Below are positions 1-16,607 of a stretch of DNA of 64,000 nt, piece by piece. The notes under the pieces were generated by a model. That model ran no database searches. It was not told the DNA's origin and saw nothing but the letters and a program-made list of their open reading frames with translations. Position 1 is the stretch's first letter; every line of letters starts with the position of its first letter. Made by a program: the position numbers and the translations under genes. Source of the stretch: the human T2T-CHM13v2.0 reference genome, Homo sapiens; NCBI RefSeq assembly GCF_009914755.1, contig NC_060932.1; one strand, 5' to 3'.

Positions 1-8
1 ACCCGGCC
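1..8 (-). mobile_element. Probable 5' terminus of an Alu cut by the window edge
   Basis: ACCCGGCC is the reverse complement of an Alu-like start GGCCGGGT; only 8 nt are visible. Confidence 0.35.
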
Positions 9-1083
9 TTGAGTTTAGTTTTCTTACTCTTCCAGCACAAATTCTATTTTGAATCTGTTACTTGTATTTTCCTTGACTCCTCTTAACCAATTTCAGTCTT
101 TCTTCAACCAATTCTAGTCTTCCTTCAAGCTACAACATCCACCATATTTTATAAAACATTTCCTGATTGCCCCTCACTTGCGCTAATAGTCCTCTCTTAG
201 TGAACACAGATAGTCTATAATTTACAATTAGGCACTTGGTTATGTATTGAACTAATATTGCCTAATGTTTTATATAGGTGCCTCCCATTATCTTTTAAAA
301 TATATTTTAAGGTACTTGTGAACAGAGACCATAGAAAACCAAATAGCCCTGAACCTACAGGGAAACCTAATAACAACTGAACGTTAACTTGACTATAGAA
401 CCGGAAAAAATCAGTTTGAAAAATAAATGTTTTTATAATGCTTTTATCAGGTTTTGGTTGCATAACCTTAAAATATTTGAGTCATTTTAGCAATTTGAAC
501 TAAAAATTGATAGGATGAGAACAGTAACATCTATTTTGCTTATTTGTATTCAGAATAGGGTTTTTTGGTATTTTTTGTTAAATCATCTTTGAATGAAATA
601 TTAAAGTAGTATGAATCAGAGTAGAATTATGAGTCAGAGAAGAAACCCGTTTTAGGATTAAAAAACTAAAGCATATAAAACCACTAGAAAAAAATGAGCA
701 TGAAATTACTTTTCAAAATATCTGAAGTAATCACTCCACGTTAGCTTACAAACTGTATTCAGAAATTTTTAATGTAAATATTCAATAGGTTGCAGAAATA
801 AAAGTACAAATCATGGACTCAGCTCTGGTACTTAGCTATGAATTTCTCATGCGTTAAATGGTTTTATGCATTTAGGAAAAGGAGTCCAGTAGAAAAATCG
901 GTAGTCTAATTTTTAGTGGGCATACTAAGTGATTAATAGTATCTGTTGCAGTTTATTAGGCTTATTTTAACCAATGTTGATACTTCTTTTCAAGAAGAGA
1001 CAGCATGGTCACAATTTATTGCACATCTCCAATCCGTGCTACAAAAGCACAACTCAAATAACCCCACAGAAATACCCTCAGAA

Positions 1084-1250
1084 CCAGGTGGGGGAGCACT
1101 CCAGAGTCCTAGCTCCTTGGGAGGCTGAGACAGGAGGATTGCATGACCAGGATTCAAGGCTGTGGTGAGCTATGATCATGCCACTGCGCTCCAGCCTAGG
1201 TGACAGAGTAGACTCCATCTCTGTAAAATAAATAAATAAATAAATAATAA
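1084..1250 (+). mobile_element. Alu right-arm monomer (FRAM/AluJ-like) with (AAAT)n tail
   Basis: GGGAGGCTGAGACAGGAGGATTGC...GTGAGCTATGATCATGCCACTGCGCTCCAGCCTAGGTGACAGAG followed by an AAATAAAT tail. Confidence 0.9.
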
Positions 1251-1999
1251 CCACAGAGAAAACAAAACACTCTCCACTCACTTATGTTATAGCCTATGGT
1301 AAGTTATTTCTTGTCCATAACTCCACAGCAAAAATCACATAATATTATCGAAAAAATGTTAATCATAAAATACCCAAATTCCCTAGTTGCACTTTTTTTT
1401 TCTTATTGGCACATTTGTATTAATATTCATACCAGTTCTTTTGCCCTAATATCATACCTCTTCTATATCCTTTCAAGTGTTAGAAAAAAATGAAATTAAA
1501 CATCTTTTAGCCTTCCTTTTCTGGGCTATATTGCACTAGTTCCTTCAGTTAACTTTATAATTCTATTTTTCTTTTCTTTAATTATGTTGTTGCTGTCTTC
1601 TGGACCCTCGATGATTAGCATGAGACCACTAAATTAAATTTCACTTGTTATGCCTAAGTCTCTATGTAGCAAGTTATTACATTAATTGACCTGATGCCTC
1701 AGGCTGGTCTTCATGATTGAAATGGAATATATTACTATAAAGTGAAAATTTTGTTTTGCTTATTATACCAACTATTGGTTGATCTTTTTATCATAAAATT
1801 TACATTTACTTATTCTTCCCATTGAGATTATTATGAAAAGAAATATTCATCGTTAATTCCTTAAGCTATATCTATAGCTTTTAAATGGAAAATTGATGCT
1901 TTTCTTTCTTTTTTTTTTTTTTTCATTCCTCTCTTCTTTTTGTGAACATTGTCTCAGGGTCGAACTTGTCCTTCTGTTTGTCTCTTCCTCTGAACGTTA

Positions 2000-2120
2000 G
2001 GAATTTAGGCTCCTTGAAGAGAAGGTATCTTGTTTATAGAGGCATGTACAGTATAAAAAACAGAAATGATACATAGGCAGGCCTTCAGTAAGCATGAGTT
2101 AAATGATGAAAATGAATAAA
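2000..2120 (+). mobile_element. L2 3' end fragment
   Basis: AGGCTCCTTGAAGAGAAGGTATCTTGT...ACATAGGCAGGCCTTCAGTAAGC...AATGAATAAAT resembles the L2 3' terminus. Confidence 0.5.
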
Positions 2121-2130
2121 TCCTTGGATA

Positions 2131-2468
2131 ACTCAAAATACATAGAAAATAGAAGAGTCCATGGGTGGGGCTAGGGGTGTAGCAAACAGAGATTTGGCCA
2201 AGGACGCAAAGTAGCAGATATGTAGAATGAACAAGTCTAGAGAGCTAATGTATAACAGGAGGACTATAGGCAATAAAATTGGGAGACACTTGAGATTTTT
2301 GTTAAATAAGTAGATTTTAGCTGCTCTTGTCACAAAAATAGAAGTAACTATGTGAGATGATAGATATTTTAATTTGCTTCTGTATAGTAACCATTTTATT
2401 ATCTATATGTATTTTATAACATCATGTTGTTAAACCTCAAATATACACAATAAAATTTATTTAAAAAC
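2131..2468 (+). mobile_element. L1MA-family 3' end
   Basis: GTAGCAGATATGTAGAATGAACAAGTCTAGAGAGCTAATG...GTAACTATGTGAGATGATAGATAT...AAACCTCAAATATACACAATAAAA matches an L1MA 3' UTR with polyA signal. Confidence 0.8.
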
Positions 2469-2514
2469 AGATGAGTCATTATTTCCTGAAATGCAAAAAA
2501 GAAGAAAAACTTTC

Positions 2515-2630
2515 ATACAATTTACTGGTATTTCTTGAGCACTACTCTGTGTCCGGCTAAGTAATCAGCAGTAAATAAAAATGAAACAGTTCCTGTTTAT
2601 ATAGATTTTCAGGGTCTGTCTGATGAGGAA
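2515..2630 (-). mobile_element. L2 3' end fragment
   Basis: TATTTCTTGAGCACTACTCTGTGTCCGGC...GCAGTAAATAAAAATGAAACAGTTCCTG resembles the antisense L2 tail. Confidence 0.5.
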
Positions 2631-3619
2631 TATGAAAATTACAAAAATTATGTATCCCCAAATAAGTGTATATATAGCATTGTGAGATGTGCTCTAAAGG
2701 GTGCTGTAAAGGAAAAGAACTAGGAATATGAGGCAAAAAAATGGGTTCATCTGACAGTTTTTCCTTTGAATTATCTGAATTTCCTTAACTATCTTAAGAA
2801 TAAACCTATAGTCAATGGCTATTTTAAGATAACTTATTTTTTTATTCCATTTGCTTAACACTTTTGATAATCCTTTTTTCCCCTCTTTTCTTTCATGTGT
2901 GCGAGTGGACATATATATCAGGCCTACTAAATTATTTGTAGTCATAGTTGGGCATATAAGCTCTACCCATAGAAAGATAATTCTAAATTCTCACATTCAC
3001 CACTTTTCTATCAGATTAAAGTGTCTTTCAATTCAATACTAAACTTAAGATATGCCTACTAAGAGCAAACTATATATGAGGTGTTTTATTTTTCTAGCTT
3101 TACTGTTTCTTGTTTTATACTGCAACACTTCTTAAATGTTTCTATTGTGCAGCCTTTTCTTTCAGAGCTTAGATTTTTTTAGATTTTAATATATGATGTG
3201 GAACTTGTAGAGTAGTAACATTATGTAATCAAGGAACTGCATTCTACAGGGAGCATTTGTAATTCCCTTATTTTTCTGTTTGTGAAAGAAACTTTAATGT
3301 TGATGTTGTGCATTATAAATAGTAGTGTCTTATCTTGAATATATATAGTTCTGTGATTCTTCCTTCAATGTAAAACCCCAAACAAATTCCATGATTCCTA
3401 ATATAAGGATGTAAGTATTTCCTCAGTTCAACTGTAATTCAAGAGTTATTTAACACAGTGTTTAATGATACAGTACATCTGTCTACATTGTACATAGGCC
3501 AAGTGTATTCATTATATGCAAAGGGCTAGTTTCCGTTTGTCACTGGTAGGAGGCTGAAAAATTCAGGGATATAAATCAGGGCATTGAGGAAGAACAGCTT
3601 AATCAGTGACAGCTAGAAA

Positions 3620-4200
3620 GTCACTTCATATGAAATGGATAGTGCATTATTACCACAAATATTGAGGTGAGAAGCCAGGATATTAAGCCCCAGTGGAAGA
3701 AAAGGCTTAAAGTCCTTGTAAGGATACAATGCTCTAGGGTTTGTTGTTTGTCTGGTTGAATATTTTGAATTTAGAAAACCAAGTCTGACATATATATGAA
3801 GGAAAAAATGACAAATGGTTTTATATAGCATGATTCAGCATGGAAAAGGCTAAGCCAGGCCACAAATGAATTATTTTGACAGGCACGAATTGCAATTTGG
3901 AAGTCAACACTTACACCCCAAGCAAAGGGTGGCAACGGTATTTGGCCCCTGAGACTCAATGCAATTTCTTAAGTATCAGAACAGGCAGGTGGGTTTATAA
4001 AACAGCAACCACAGGGTAGGCTCATCAACAAGAAAAAGGCTTTCTGATCTCATCCACATGGTGGGACGAGATACCTATGTAGCTAATAAAAGTCACAAAG
4101 TTGACAAGTGCTGCTTTCCAGAGTTAGGGTTGCATGGACTGGTCATTGCAGCAGGAGGCTAAGTCTGCGGGTAATCTTTAAATTTCCAATAAGTTTTAAA
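3620..4200 (-). mobile_element. Possible old ERV1-type solo LTR (family unresolved)
   Basis: GC-richer block with a TATA-like TTTTATAAA on the minus strand and LTR-like composition; no termini or TSD found. Confidence 0.25.
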
Positions 4201-4527
4201 ATAGGTTTATCTGTATATGTAAGAAAGCTGTAAGAAGGATTCACAAATACCTATTAAAATATATATTGTTATGGGCATATATGTAGAGGCACCTCTATAG
4301 CTATAACAATGTTATGCACACATTTAGAGTACTTTATTTTTGTCCTGAGTTCTATGCATTTATTGACACATTTGCCTTATATATTTTAAAGACAAAAAAC
4401 GTAAACTAAGATTGCAAATATACTGTTTATTTCCAGAATAAGAAAATCATTTGCCATCTGATGAGCACTGGCTTTTCCCATCTTTGAGCACCCAAACCCA
4501 ACAACTGCCTTGCTCTCTAGCCCTTAC

Positions 4528-4717
4528 CATTACTGGCCTGCAGGTGAAACTCATCCTCAGGGCTGGACTACTTTTCTGATGCTGAGCTTTCCTGTTCTTC
4601 AACTTCTGCTTTTGATAAAAGCCATTATCATCTGGGAAATATGAATGCAGTTTCTGGAGAGAGCTGAGCCCTTCTGAGGATGAATTGCCTGGTGGGCCAA
4701 GTTTTGTCATAAGAAAC
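4528..4717 (-). other. Candidate spliced exon (190 nt)
   Basis: Minus strand reads CCTGTAG|GTTTCTTATG ... CCAGTAATG|GTAAGG; one frame is open throughout (FLMTKLGPPGNSSSEG...RPVM). Weak pyrimidine tract and no recognisable protein. Confidence 0.25.
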
Positions 4718-5264
4718 CTACAGGCAATTCACACTGGAATAAGTGCCTAAGGGTGTGGGAACATGTGGACAGATTTTTTTTACCCTTTTGTGTTTAACTT
4801 GGCATTCTTTGTCCTCACCGCTCACTGTATTGTTTTATAACAATGACATCTTCTTACAGGATTCACATGACTAGGTTTTTAATAGAAAAACCTGCTGGTT
4901 TTTGTAAGATTTGGAAAGGACGGGATGGATAGGGAGGCTGTTATAAAGTTTTTGTCCATTTTCAAACCAAGCAATAAATCTAAAAAGCTCTGTGTCCAAT
5001 GTAAACCACAAATGAAGAAGTGCTGAAAAGTGTTCAAATTAATTTTCCAGTGCAATGGAAAAATATACAAGTGCTATAATATCAGCTTCTGCAGTTTCCC
5101 TGTCTGCTCCCCAGGCCATTTCTCTTTCTCTCCCTCTCTCTCTCAAAAGATATGCTTTAATTTGCTGTTCACTAAGCTCATTAATTCCAATTCCTTTCTC
5201 AACTTTGTTGCCAAACAAACCTAGTCATATTGTCTAGCTAAAGAAAAATACTGAATACAACTGA

Positions 5265-5622
5265 GAGCGAATGATGTCCTGATACATACTCTAACATGAA
5301 TCAACCATCAAGACATTATGCTAAGTGAGATAAGTCAGAAACAAAAGGACAAATACATATGATTCCACTTATATGAAGTATTTGGAAGAGTCAAATCTTT
5401 CTCAAATTCGCAGAGACAGGAGGAAAAATGGTGGTTAGCTGTGATTGGGAGGAGAGCAGAATAAGGAGGTATTATTTAGTGGATACAGAGCTTCAAATTG
5501 GAACTATGACAAGTTTGGAGGTAGACTGTGGTGACAGTTACCTGACAATGTTGATGCCACTGAACTGCACACTTAAAAAGAATGAAAATAGTAAGTTTTA
5601 TGTTATGTATATTTTACCACAT
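5265..5622 (+). mobile_element. L1MB-family 3' end
   Basis: ACATTATGCTAAGTGAGATAAGTCAG...GATTCCACTTATATGAAGTA...GCCACTGAACTGCACACTTAAAA...TTATGTATATTTTACCAC. Confidence 0.8.
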
Positions 5623-6244
5623 TGAGAGAAAGAAAAAGAATAGATGGTGGTATAAGACAAGTTAATATGTTTCAGACCATTTTCTAGCACCCTATTTTTG
5701 GGAGAAGAATAATTTTCTTTTAATTTTTCTGTTTTCTCTGTCTGCAATAATTAAAACTTACTGGTGTAAGCAGAATAAGTAATAAAATGCTATAATTCCA
5801 AGTCTGACATAACACCAGCAACAAATCAATAAAACTTAACTCTGACTATCCTTAAGACTTAACCTTTTTTAAAAAAAGTGTATCTGACAAAATAAATTAG
5901 TAAGCATAAAAAGAATAAACTGAATGCCGCATCCAATTTTCCAACTCCCAACAGCATTGTCTTTATAATGGGACTTTAGTGGGAGAATATTTACAATCAA
6001 TCCAGGGAAGGAGAGGATATAGGGAAGCGTGTATGTGGTTGGTGGAAGATGAAGAAAAAGAAGGTTATCTCAAGAGCTTCTCACGAAATTTCAAGAGGAA
6101 TTGAGATCTTATATATTCCACAAGAGAGAGGCCCTGTGCCAGCTCCCTCATAGTACCCACTGAGGCAGCACACTTCTGAGAAAATTACTGCGTGGTGCAC
6201 CTGGAGAGGGTGGACTGCAGACAATGGCATCTTTGTTTTTAAAC

Positions 6245-6407
6245 TTTATTATTATTATACTTTAAGTTTTAGGGTACATGTGCACAATGTGCAGGTTTGT
6301 TACGTATATATACATGTGCCATGTTGGTGTGCTGCACCCATTAACTCGTCATTTAGCATTAGGTATGTCTCCTAATGCTATCCCTCCCCCCTCCCCCCAC
6401 CCCACGA
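6245..6407 (-). mobile_element. Truncated L1PA 3' end (L1PA4-like, about 160 bp)
   Basis: TTATTATACTTTAAGTTTTAGGGTACATGTGCAC...CCATTAACTCGTCATTTAGCATTAGG...CCCTCCCCCCACCCCAC. Confidence 0.92.
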
Positions 6408-7194
6408 GGGATGGCCACCCACGGTTAAGAGATCAGTGGGCTCAAAGCAAAGCATTTCAGTGACCATACAGAGAGACCAGGTATTCCTTCTCAAAGGCTT
6501 AAATTGCATCAGGCTCATAACATTGACACTATTGTGAATAGAACGTTAGCGATATCCAAGAGTGATTAAATTCAATTTCCTGTAAGTCCAGAGAGTGAAT
6601 TTTTGGAGTAGATTAAATTTAATTGAGAAAAATAAAAGTAATGTTACCTTTTTGTATTCAATAGTAGCATAAATTCTGGAACCAATGAATAAGTTTACTT
6701 TCCCTGAAACACTTTTATTATGCTATCTATATAGATCAATGGTGTCTAACTTTACTTTAATAAATAGATTAATTTTGTTAAGAAATGGGAGGTATAAAAT
6801 TTACAAAATATCATTTTAATTTGACTATGAAGTCAGAATTATGTTTTGTGCTAAAGTACAGTAACTTCTGTCAAACTAGTATTCTTATTTTATTGTTATT
6901 TTTCTTCTGTCCTTTTACCTGGCTTTACTGGTCTTCCTTATTTTTATTGTTTCTTTTACTGTGTGCTATTGCCAATCATTTTTGCAAGTATAGCAATATA
7001 AATAAAATATATGGAAGTATAAATGAGTTTGACATTAATTCTCCAAAAAACCTGTTACTTCTATTGGTGTCTGCTTCTGAATCCATGATTTATATTCTCC
7101 ATATTGATATATTTCTCTGACATTCTGCTATCCTTTTGGTCAACACAGTTCTTCCTGTTTAGTTTTCAGTCATTATTATCAGATTATAAATTTT

Positions 7195-7490
7195 GGCCAG
7201 GCGCGGTGGCTCATGTCTGTAATCCCAGCACTTTGGGAGGCCCAGGCGGGAAGATCACGAGTTCAGGAGATGGAGACCATTCTGGCTAACAAGGTGAAAC
7301 CCCGTCTCTACTAAAAATACAGAAAATTAGCCGGGCGTGGTGGTGGGCGCCTGTAGTCCCAGCTACTTGGGAGGCTGAGGCAGGAGAATGGCGTGAACCC
7401 GGGAGGCGGAGCTTGCTGTGAGCCGAGATCAGCGCCACTGCACTCCAGCCTGGGTGACAGAGCGAGACTCCATCTCAAAAAATAATAATA
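7195..7490 (+). mobile_element. Full-length AluY
   Basis: Both arms present, with AluY-type GAGACCATTCTGGCTAACA, GAATGGCGTGAACCCGGGAGGCGGAGCTTGC; possible TSD ATAA(A/G)TTTT. Confidence 0.95.
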
Positions 7491-8619
7491 ATAAGTTTTG
7501 TGGGATTTTTGAGCTATTTACTTAAACAAGATCATGCTATATTTAGAGCTTTTAATTTTATGGTAACATGAAAAGAAGACTCAATTGGATTCAAATCTGG
7601 GCTTTACAACACTGTTGAGCTGTATGACTCAACAGGCTACTTAACACTGTTTTCATAGGTTCCATATTTTCAGATTTCAAGAAACCACTCATATCTGTAT
7701 GATATCATATATCTCTTTATTGCAAATCTATATATTAAGACTGCTTGTCACTTTCAGTGTTTACAGAAAAGTAATGTAAATGTATCCTAAACTATTTGGA
7801 TTACCACTTTTAAGTATCCACTTACTGCAGAGAGTCATTATCCCTGTTTTTAAATAGTACTGTTTTAATTACTTAAGTTTTATGGGGAAAAAGTTAAGAA
7901 ATTTCATATGTAACTTTCTGCTTTGTACCAATTGGATGGAAAAACACTCTAATGGTAGGATGTTAAGTCCAAAAAATAGTGTACCAATCCTTCAGAAGGA
8001 GAAATGTGGTATAATAAGTAAATTAACATATTGCGTACAACAGTGTAAGCTTACTGAACTAGAAACAATAACAAACACAAAATTATGCTCTAATAATAAG
8101 TACCATATTCATTATCTGAGGCCGGATACAGTTTCAGCTTAACTATATTATCCCTCTATTAAATTCATATTAACATGAATATAATTGATTTCATAGTTGT
8201 TGATGGGGCATTCATTGCAAAATATTTCTGTTCCAAAAAGTAAAATCTAATTTTATATATATTATATATTACATATGTATTAATTATATATACATATATT
8301 TAAATGACATTGTAATTATTCTTATCCTCCTAGGAGTGAGCTAGAGTTTTTTTTTTATTAAGAACTGCCTAAGTGTCCTCATCTAAGAATCAGTCAGACA
8401 CTCCCCATGCTTCAGGGTGGTTATGAGCATTAAATGAGACAGTGGGCAATCAACACAAATTCATTTCTTTTGCTTGTTTATAAATGTGTTTACTCCCTAT
8501 GGCTTTTATTTTATTATCTGTTTATATAAGTAAAGTAAATATGAACAAAATCAAGTATAGAACAAGATATGTTTAAAAAATATTAGTGTAATTCTTCAGA
8601 TTAAGCTAAATTTTCCAAT

Positions 8620-8940
8620 AGTACAGATGATTGCCAAAACCTCAGTAACTTTCAACAACAAAGATTCACTTCTCATTCACTTGTCTGATATTGGTTGACT
8701 GCATTGTGCTTGGATGCAGAGTATTACATTAATGGGGAGAAAAGACAGACAGTGCAGGAATGACTTGATGGCTGCTTCATACAAATGGCACACCACATGT
8801 CTCCTCTCATTGCATTGACCAAAGCAAGTTACACAGCTACCCTTGGCATCAATGTTGCAGAGAAGTCTAAGCCTCTTCCATGTAGGGTGCCATAGAGATG
8901 TACCCATGTGGCAGTCCCAAAGAGAAGCCATCAAACATTA
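8620..8940 (-). mobile_element. MLT1-family (MaLR) LTR remnant, MLT1J/K-like
   Basis: CATTGACCAAAGCAAGTTACACAGCTACCC resembles the antisense MLT1 core ATTGGCCAAAGCAAGTCACATGGCC. Confidence 0.6.
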
Positions 8941-9399
8941 AATTGTTTATACAAGCTAGTCCAGTAATTGAAAGAATTTATTATCTTAGCAAAATATAAA
9001 AATAAGGCAAATAATTTCTGGTTATCTGTTCAATATCAGTAACAGGAAGATAAACCAACGACCACATGTAAAAAGTTTAAGGATCTCGGAAAAAGCATGC
9101 TTTATTAATACAAAATTATATTCATTTTTCCCCATATATTTGTTTTTATTGTATTTTATTTTGTTTTTTATAGTTGATTTTTTAAATTGATTTATTATTA
9201 TTATACTTTAAGTTTCAGGGTACATGTGCACAGATGTGCACGTTTGTTACATATGTATACATGTGCCATGCTGGTACGCTGCACCCACTAACTCGTCATC
9301 TAGCATTAGGTATATCTCCCAATGCTGTCCCTCCCCCCTTCCCCCACCCCACAACAGTCACCAGAGTATGATGTTCCCCTTCCTGTGTCCATGTGTTCT

Positions 9400-12586
<3,187 letters not shown>

Positions 12587-14221
12587 GCCCAAAATCTCCT
12601 TAAGCTGATATTTGTTTTTAAAACTTAAAAATTAGCCTCATACAGAAATAATTTATAGATATAAGCATTGAAATAGTTTCTTAAATAAAAAAATTATATA
12701 GAAATTATATTTTCTATATATTTTGCTAAGGTGAGAATTCTATCCTTAGAAGTTCTATGAATTTTTTCTGTTTTTTTCTATTTCTTTTTATATAGAATTC
12801 AAGCTAATAATACTATTATAAGCCTTAAAGTTTTAGGGTGATAGGATTAATTATTTTTAACAATCTTTTTTTCTAGGATAAGACTGTGAAAAACTCCTTG
12901 TATTATAAAGGAATTATTCCAGGCTTTGGAAAATGGGACCATTACTGCACCAGCATTCCTAGGAACCTCAAGGACACTCTAGTAAATTATTAAAAGTACC
13001 AGCTCGTAAGAAGCTGGGGATTTCAGCATGGATTATTGAATTTTTTTAGTTTTTTATTTGAAATTACTGTAATGGTCTACCAAATTGCCTTCACCTTTGT
13101 TTTTTCCTGCATATCAACTTCCTACTAATTTATTTATATAAATTAATTTTTACATTATTTTAGACAACTAAATTTTTCTTCTATTCATTTTTCAAGTTCC
13201 TTTATTAAGGCCTTGTATCATAAAAGGAGATAAAAATATCTTCCATAACAACAAGTTTTAAAGGGCCAAAGATTTTTAAGTAAAATGATTTCTGACACGT
13301 AAATCCTAACTAGAGATATTAAAATAAAATAACGTTCTTTGGCTTATTAGAGAAAGTACAAAATTGAAACATATTTGTTTCAAACTATTTTTAGTTTGCT
13401 TTTGCTTTTCAAAACTATGAAACAAAACAGTTTTTCTTATGTTTAGACTTGTTCACAAAGCAAAACGTATTTGTCATGCAGTTCATACTATATGTGAGCA
13501 AGGAGAGAATGTCTACCTAATATACTACCCCAAAAAAGTATTATTTCATGAATTCAAAATTACTCATGATTCTAAATTAGCCTATTTTAAAATTAATGCT
13601 ACTATAAGTCTTCAATCATTATCATCACCATTTTGATACATTTTCTGTGATGTCATGAGTCCTTCCAATTCGTATAACATATCCTTCTATTAAAGGGCCT
13701 ACAATATCTCTTATTATTTAACCATCTGATATTCAAAATTATTATTTCTGGTTAGACTTGATTTAATGCTTCACAGTAATAGCTTATCCATACACTCTCT
13801 GGAAAACTTCTAATATAAGCATAAATAATGATAGAGATGGTAGAGATGAAAATATCAATAGAAACATAAAAATCTAATTTGGTTCATCATCCCTCGCTAG
13901 AGGCAGGAAATTTTTCTAATTTCTCAGTTGAAATAGGGTGGGTTTCAAACTGAGTTTCATACTACATGTTATCTATATAATAAAACATTTTAATAACACC
14001 ATTTGACCATTCCAAATATCTTCAAATACAAAATGGTTTCAAATTCTTTCAACATTTGTAACCCAAACGTAATTTGATCTAAAATCATATAAAGTTATGA
14101 CACATAGAACTTTCATAAGCAGTATAAACACTTATGAAAGTGACACATGATTATTAGCAATTCCTACACCAGAGGCTACTTGTCAGGAAATTTTAAAAGA
14201 TTATGTGGTAAGTGGTGAGAT

Positions 14222-14401
14222 CAAGACCAGCTTCACGGTTATGATACCTGTGCAATAGCACAGGGCTTTGTGCTTGGAAAACCTCGTGCTAGGTTGAATG
14301 TTTTTCTGTCACCACATTGAAATTCTGAATTTATTAGTAATGCCCACCACATTTTCATATATAATTTTCATTGCTCTGGGAAAATTATATAGCTTGTCCT
14401 G
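14222..14401 (+). mobile_element. MER91A-like hAT-Tip100 DNA transposon fossil
   Basis: CAAGACCAGCTTCACGG...ACCTGTGCAATAGCACAGGGC...TGAAATTC...AAATTATATAGCTTGTCCTG follows the recalled consensus end to end. Confidence 0.7.
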
Positions 14402-14469
14402 AATGAGACCTACGTGATGGTTAGCCATATATGCCATATTGGGGTCTTGGGTTTTGTCCTGTCAAGCCT

Positions 14470-14760
14470 ACATGTCACAGAGTCACAGAATGGTTTTATG
14501 TAGGCAAATGATGCCATCATATTTACGTTTTCAGAAGATCACACAAGTAGGGACACTAGAAGCAAGAACACAGTAAGAAAACCATACCAATCACTCAAGT
14601 GAGATACAATGAGAACTTGAACTAAGCCATGCTAGTGCAGTTAGATAAGTAAATGCAGATTTGGAGATATGTAGAAGAAAAAATTGAAAGGGCTTGGGCC
14701 AATCATAGGTAGAGAGGAAGCAAGAGGATTCTATTGTTTCCACTGAGTTGCTTTTACATA
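14470..14760 (-). mobile_element. L2 fragment
   Basis: ATTTACGTTTTCAGAAGATCAC...CAAGTGAGATACAATG...CTTGAACTAAG...GATTTGGAGATATGTAG. Confidence 0.55.
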
Positions 14761-15152
14761 TATTTACCATTTAACCACTTATGATGAGAAACTCTGATTA
14801 GTTCAAATATTCTTAGATCTTCTGATAATGTAAGTGTCAAACTTATCTCTACCTCTGTTCATCCATATGTAATTCTGACAAAGGGCACTCAGAAATGTGG
14901 AGAACTATGAAAACCAGATCTATTTGGAATCTTGTAGGAATTCAAATTTAATCCAGTTGCAGATTTTAATTGTTTTCAAAGAGGATAGAGCCAGAGATCG
15001 AGCTGGAGATAGAAACCAAAAATTGTGTTATTTATAAATAATACGTGTGTGTGTGTAGATAGAGAGGCAGATAGATAGGTTTCTGGGAATTTTGTTTTTA
15101 CATTTCTTCTTAAAGCAAAGAGTAACCTTTTATCAAAGGCAAATACACAATC

Positions 15153-15785
15153 CACTTTTGTTCTGCAACCCAATCACACTAACTTAGCCAAATATTTTCT
15201 TTCCTTAGTTATTCTCTCTTCTTTGCTATTAATGTCTTCCTCCATACTAGATAATCTACATCAGCATACAACCTTTCAGCACTCTGAGTCTTCTGATCTA
15301 CAGCCATAAAAACCCCCAAATCCCTCTTTGCCAATCATGAACCCTCAGCTAACTTCACCGTTCATAGAATCCTCTTCTTTAGCACTGTCTCCATTCCCCT
15401 GTCACCCGTTCACACATACATATTATGAAATATTCAAATACATGAATACAGGAGAAAATAATGATATAAAGGATATTCATATGTTTTGTACTCCAATTTA
15501 AGAAAGAAAACTTTGTAAGCCCTCTTTCAAACAGAATTGAAATCAGTAGTTAGCTAATGCAAAAAGTTAGTTAAATTAAAAATTATGGAAAATTATATGT
15601 ACATATATCTTAAACATTATAATCTTAAAACATTATGCATATTAATTTGCCAGATGTTAATGTATCAGATGAGTCCCACAATTGGGAAATTGACATTCTG
15701 CGTCTTCTTTCTAGCATGAACTACAATCAGAAGTACTGTGTACAATTTCCAAGGCTTTTTTAACAACTCAAGTAGAATAAGAACT
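15153..15785 (+). repeat. Local direct duplication, copy A
   Basis: 15153-15271 matches 16057-16177 and 15541-15785 matches 16176-16420. Confidence 0.9.
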
Positions 15786-16056
15786 TAAAGAAATTTTCAA
15801 TGTGATCTAAAAGCAGAGAGCATCTTTATTTTTAAAGATTTTTTTTCATCTAAATCATCTAAGTGTATTATCTGGTTTAACCAACAATTGACACAGTGGC
15901 AATAGTTTAGAATTCATCATTCCTTTTCGTAAAGATTTCAAAGGTATTCAGCAAAATTTTGAAGTAAATAACATTATCTTTATTGATAATATTAATTTGT
16001 GTATTAAGTATTCAAATTATGTTTTTGCGAGTGTATTACAAGCATTAAAAAGTTTG

Positions 16057-16420
16057 CACTTTTGTTCTGCAACCTAATCATGCTAACTTAGCCAAATATT
16101 TTCTTTCCTTGGTTATTCTCTGCTTTCTTTGTTATTAATATCTTCCTCTATACTAGGTAATCTACATCAGCATACAATCAGTTGGCTAATGCGAAAAGTT
16201 AGTTAAATTAAAAAATTATGGAAAATTATATATACATATATCTGAAACATTATAATCTTAAAACATATAATGTGTATTAATTTGTCAGATGTTAATGTAT
16301 CAGATGAGTTCCATGATTGGGAAATTGACATTCTGTATCATCTTTCTGGCATGGACTACAATCAAAAGCGCTGTGTACAACGTCCAAGCTTTTTTCAACA
16401 AAATCAAACATAAAAAGAAG
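16057..16420 (+). repeat. Local direct duplication, copy B (lacks about 270 bp present in copy A)
   Basis: The junction CAGCATACAA|TCAGTTGGCTAAT fuses the two separated blocks of copy A. Confidence 0.9.
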
Positions 16421-16607
16421 TCTACTTGATTTTTCCAATGAGTGTAATGGGAGCCTTCTATCTACATACACTTTAGTTTGCTTTGGTTTATTAAATTGGT
16501 TTAATCTAGTCATAGTATTAATCACTATGTTTTACATAGGATGTGGAGAGCATTGGTTAATTTGATGAATATATTAACAGTGATCAGTTAAGAAAGTCTT
16601 TGCTATA

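Noticed and set aside
6785-7120. 111-aa hydrophobic ORF resembling a membrane protein
   Set aside because: The F/L/I richness reflects T-rich composition; there is no splice or homology support.
9149-9195. Patterned L1 tail as a 3' transduction
   Set aside because: Short and A-rich on the element strand; indistinguishable from a decayed polyA tail.
9325-9352. G-quadruplex-capable tract (also near 6385, 59670 and 63700)
   Set aside because: A standard feature of every L1PA 3' UTR.
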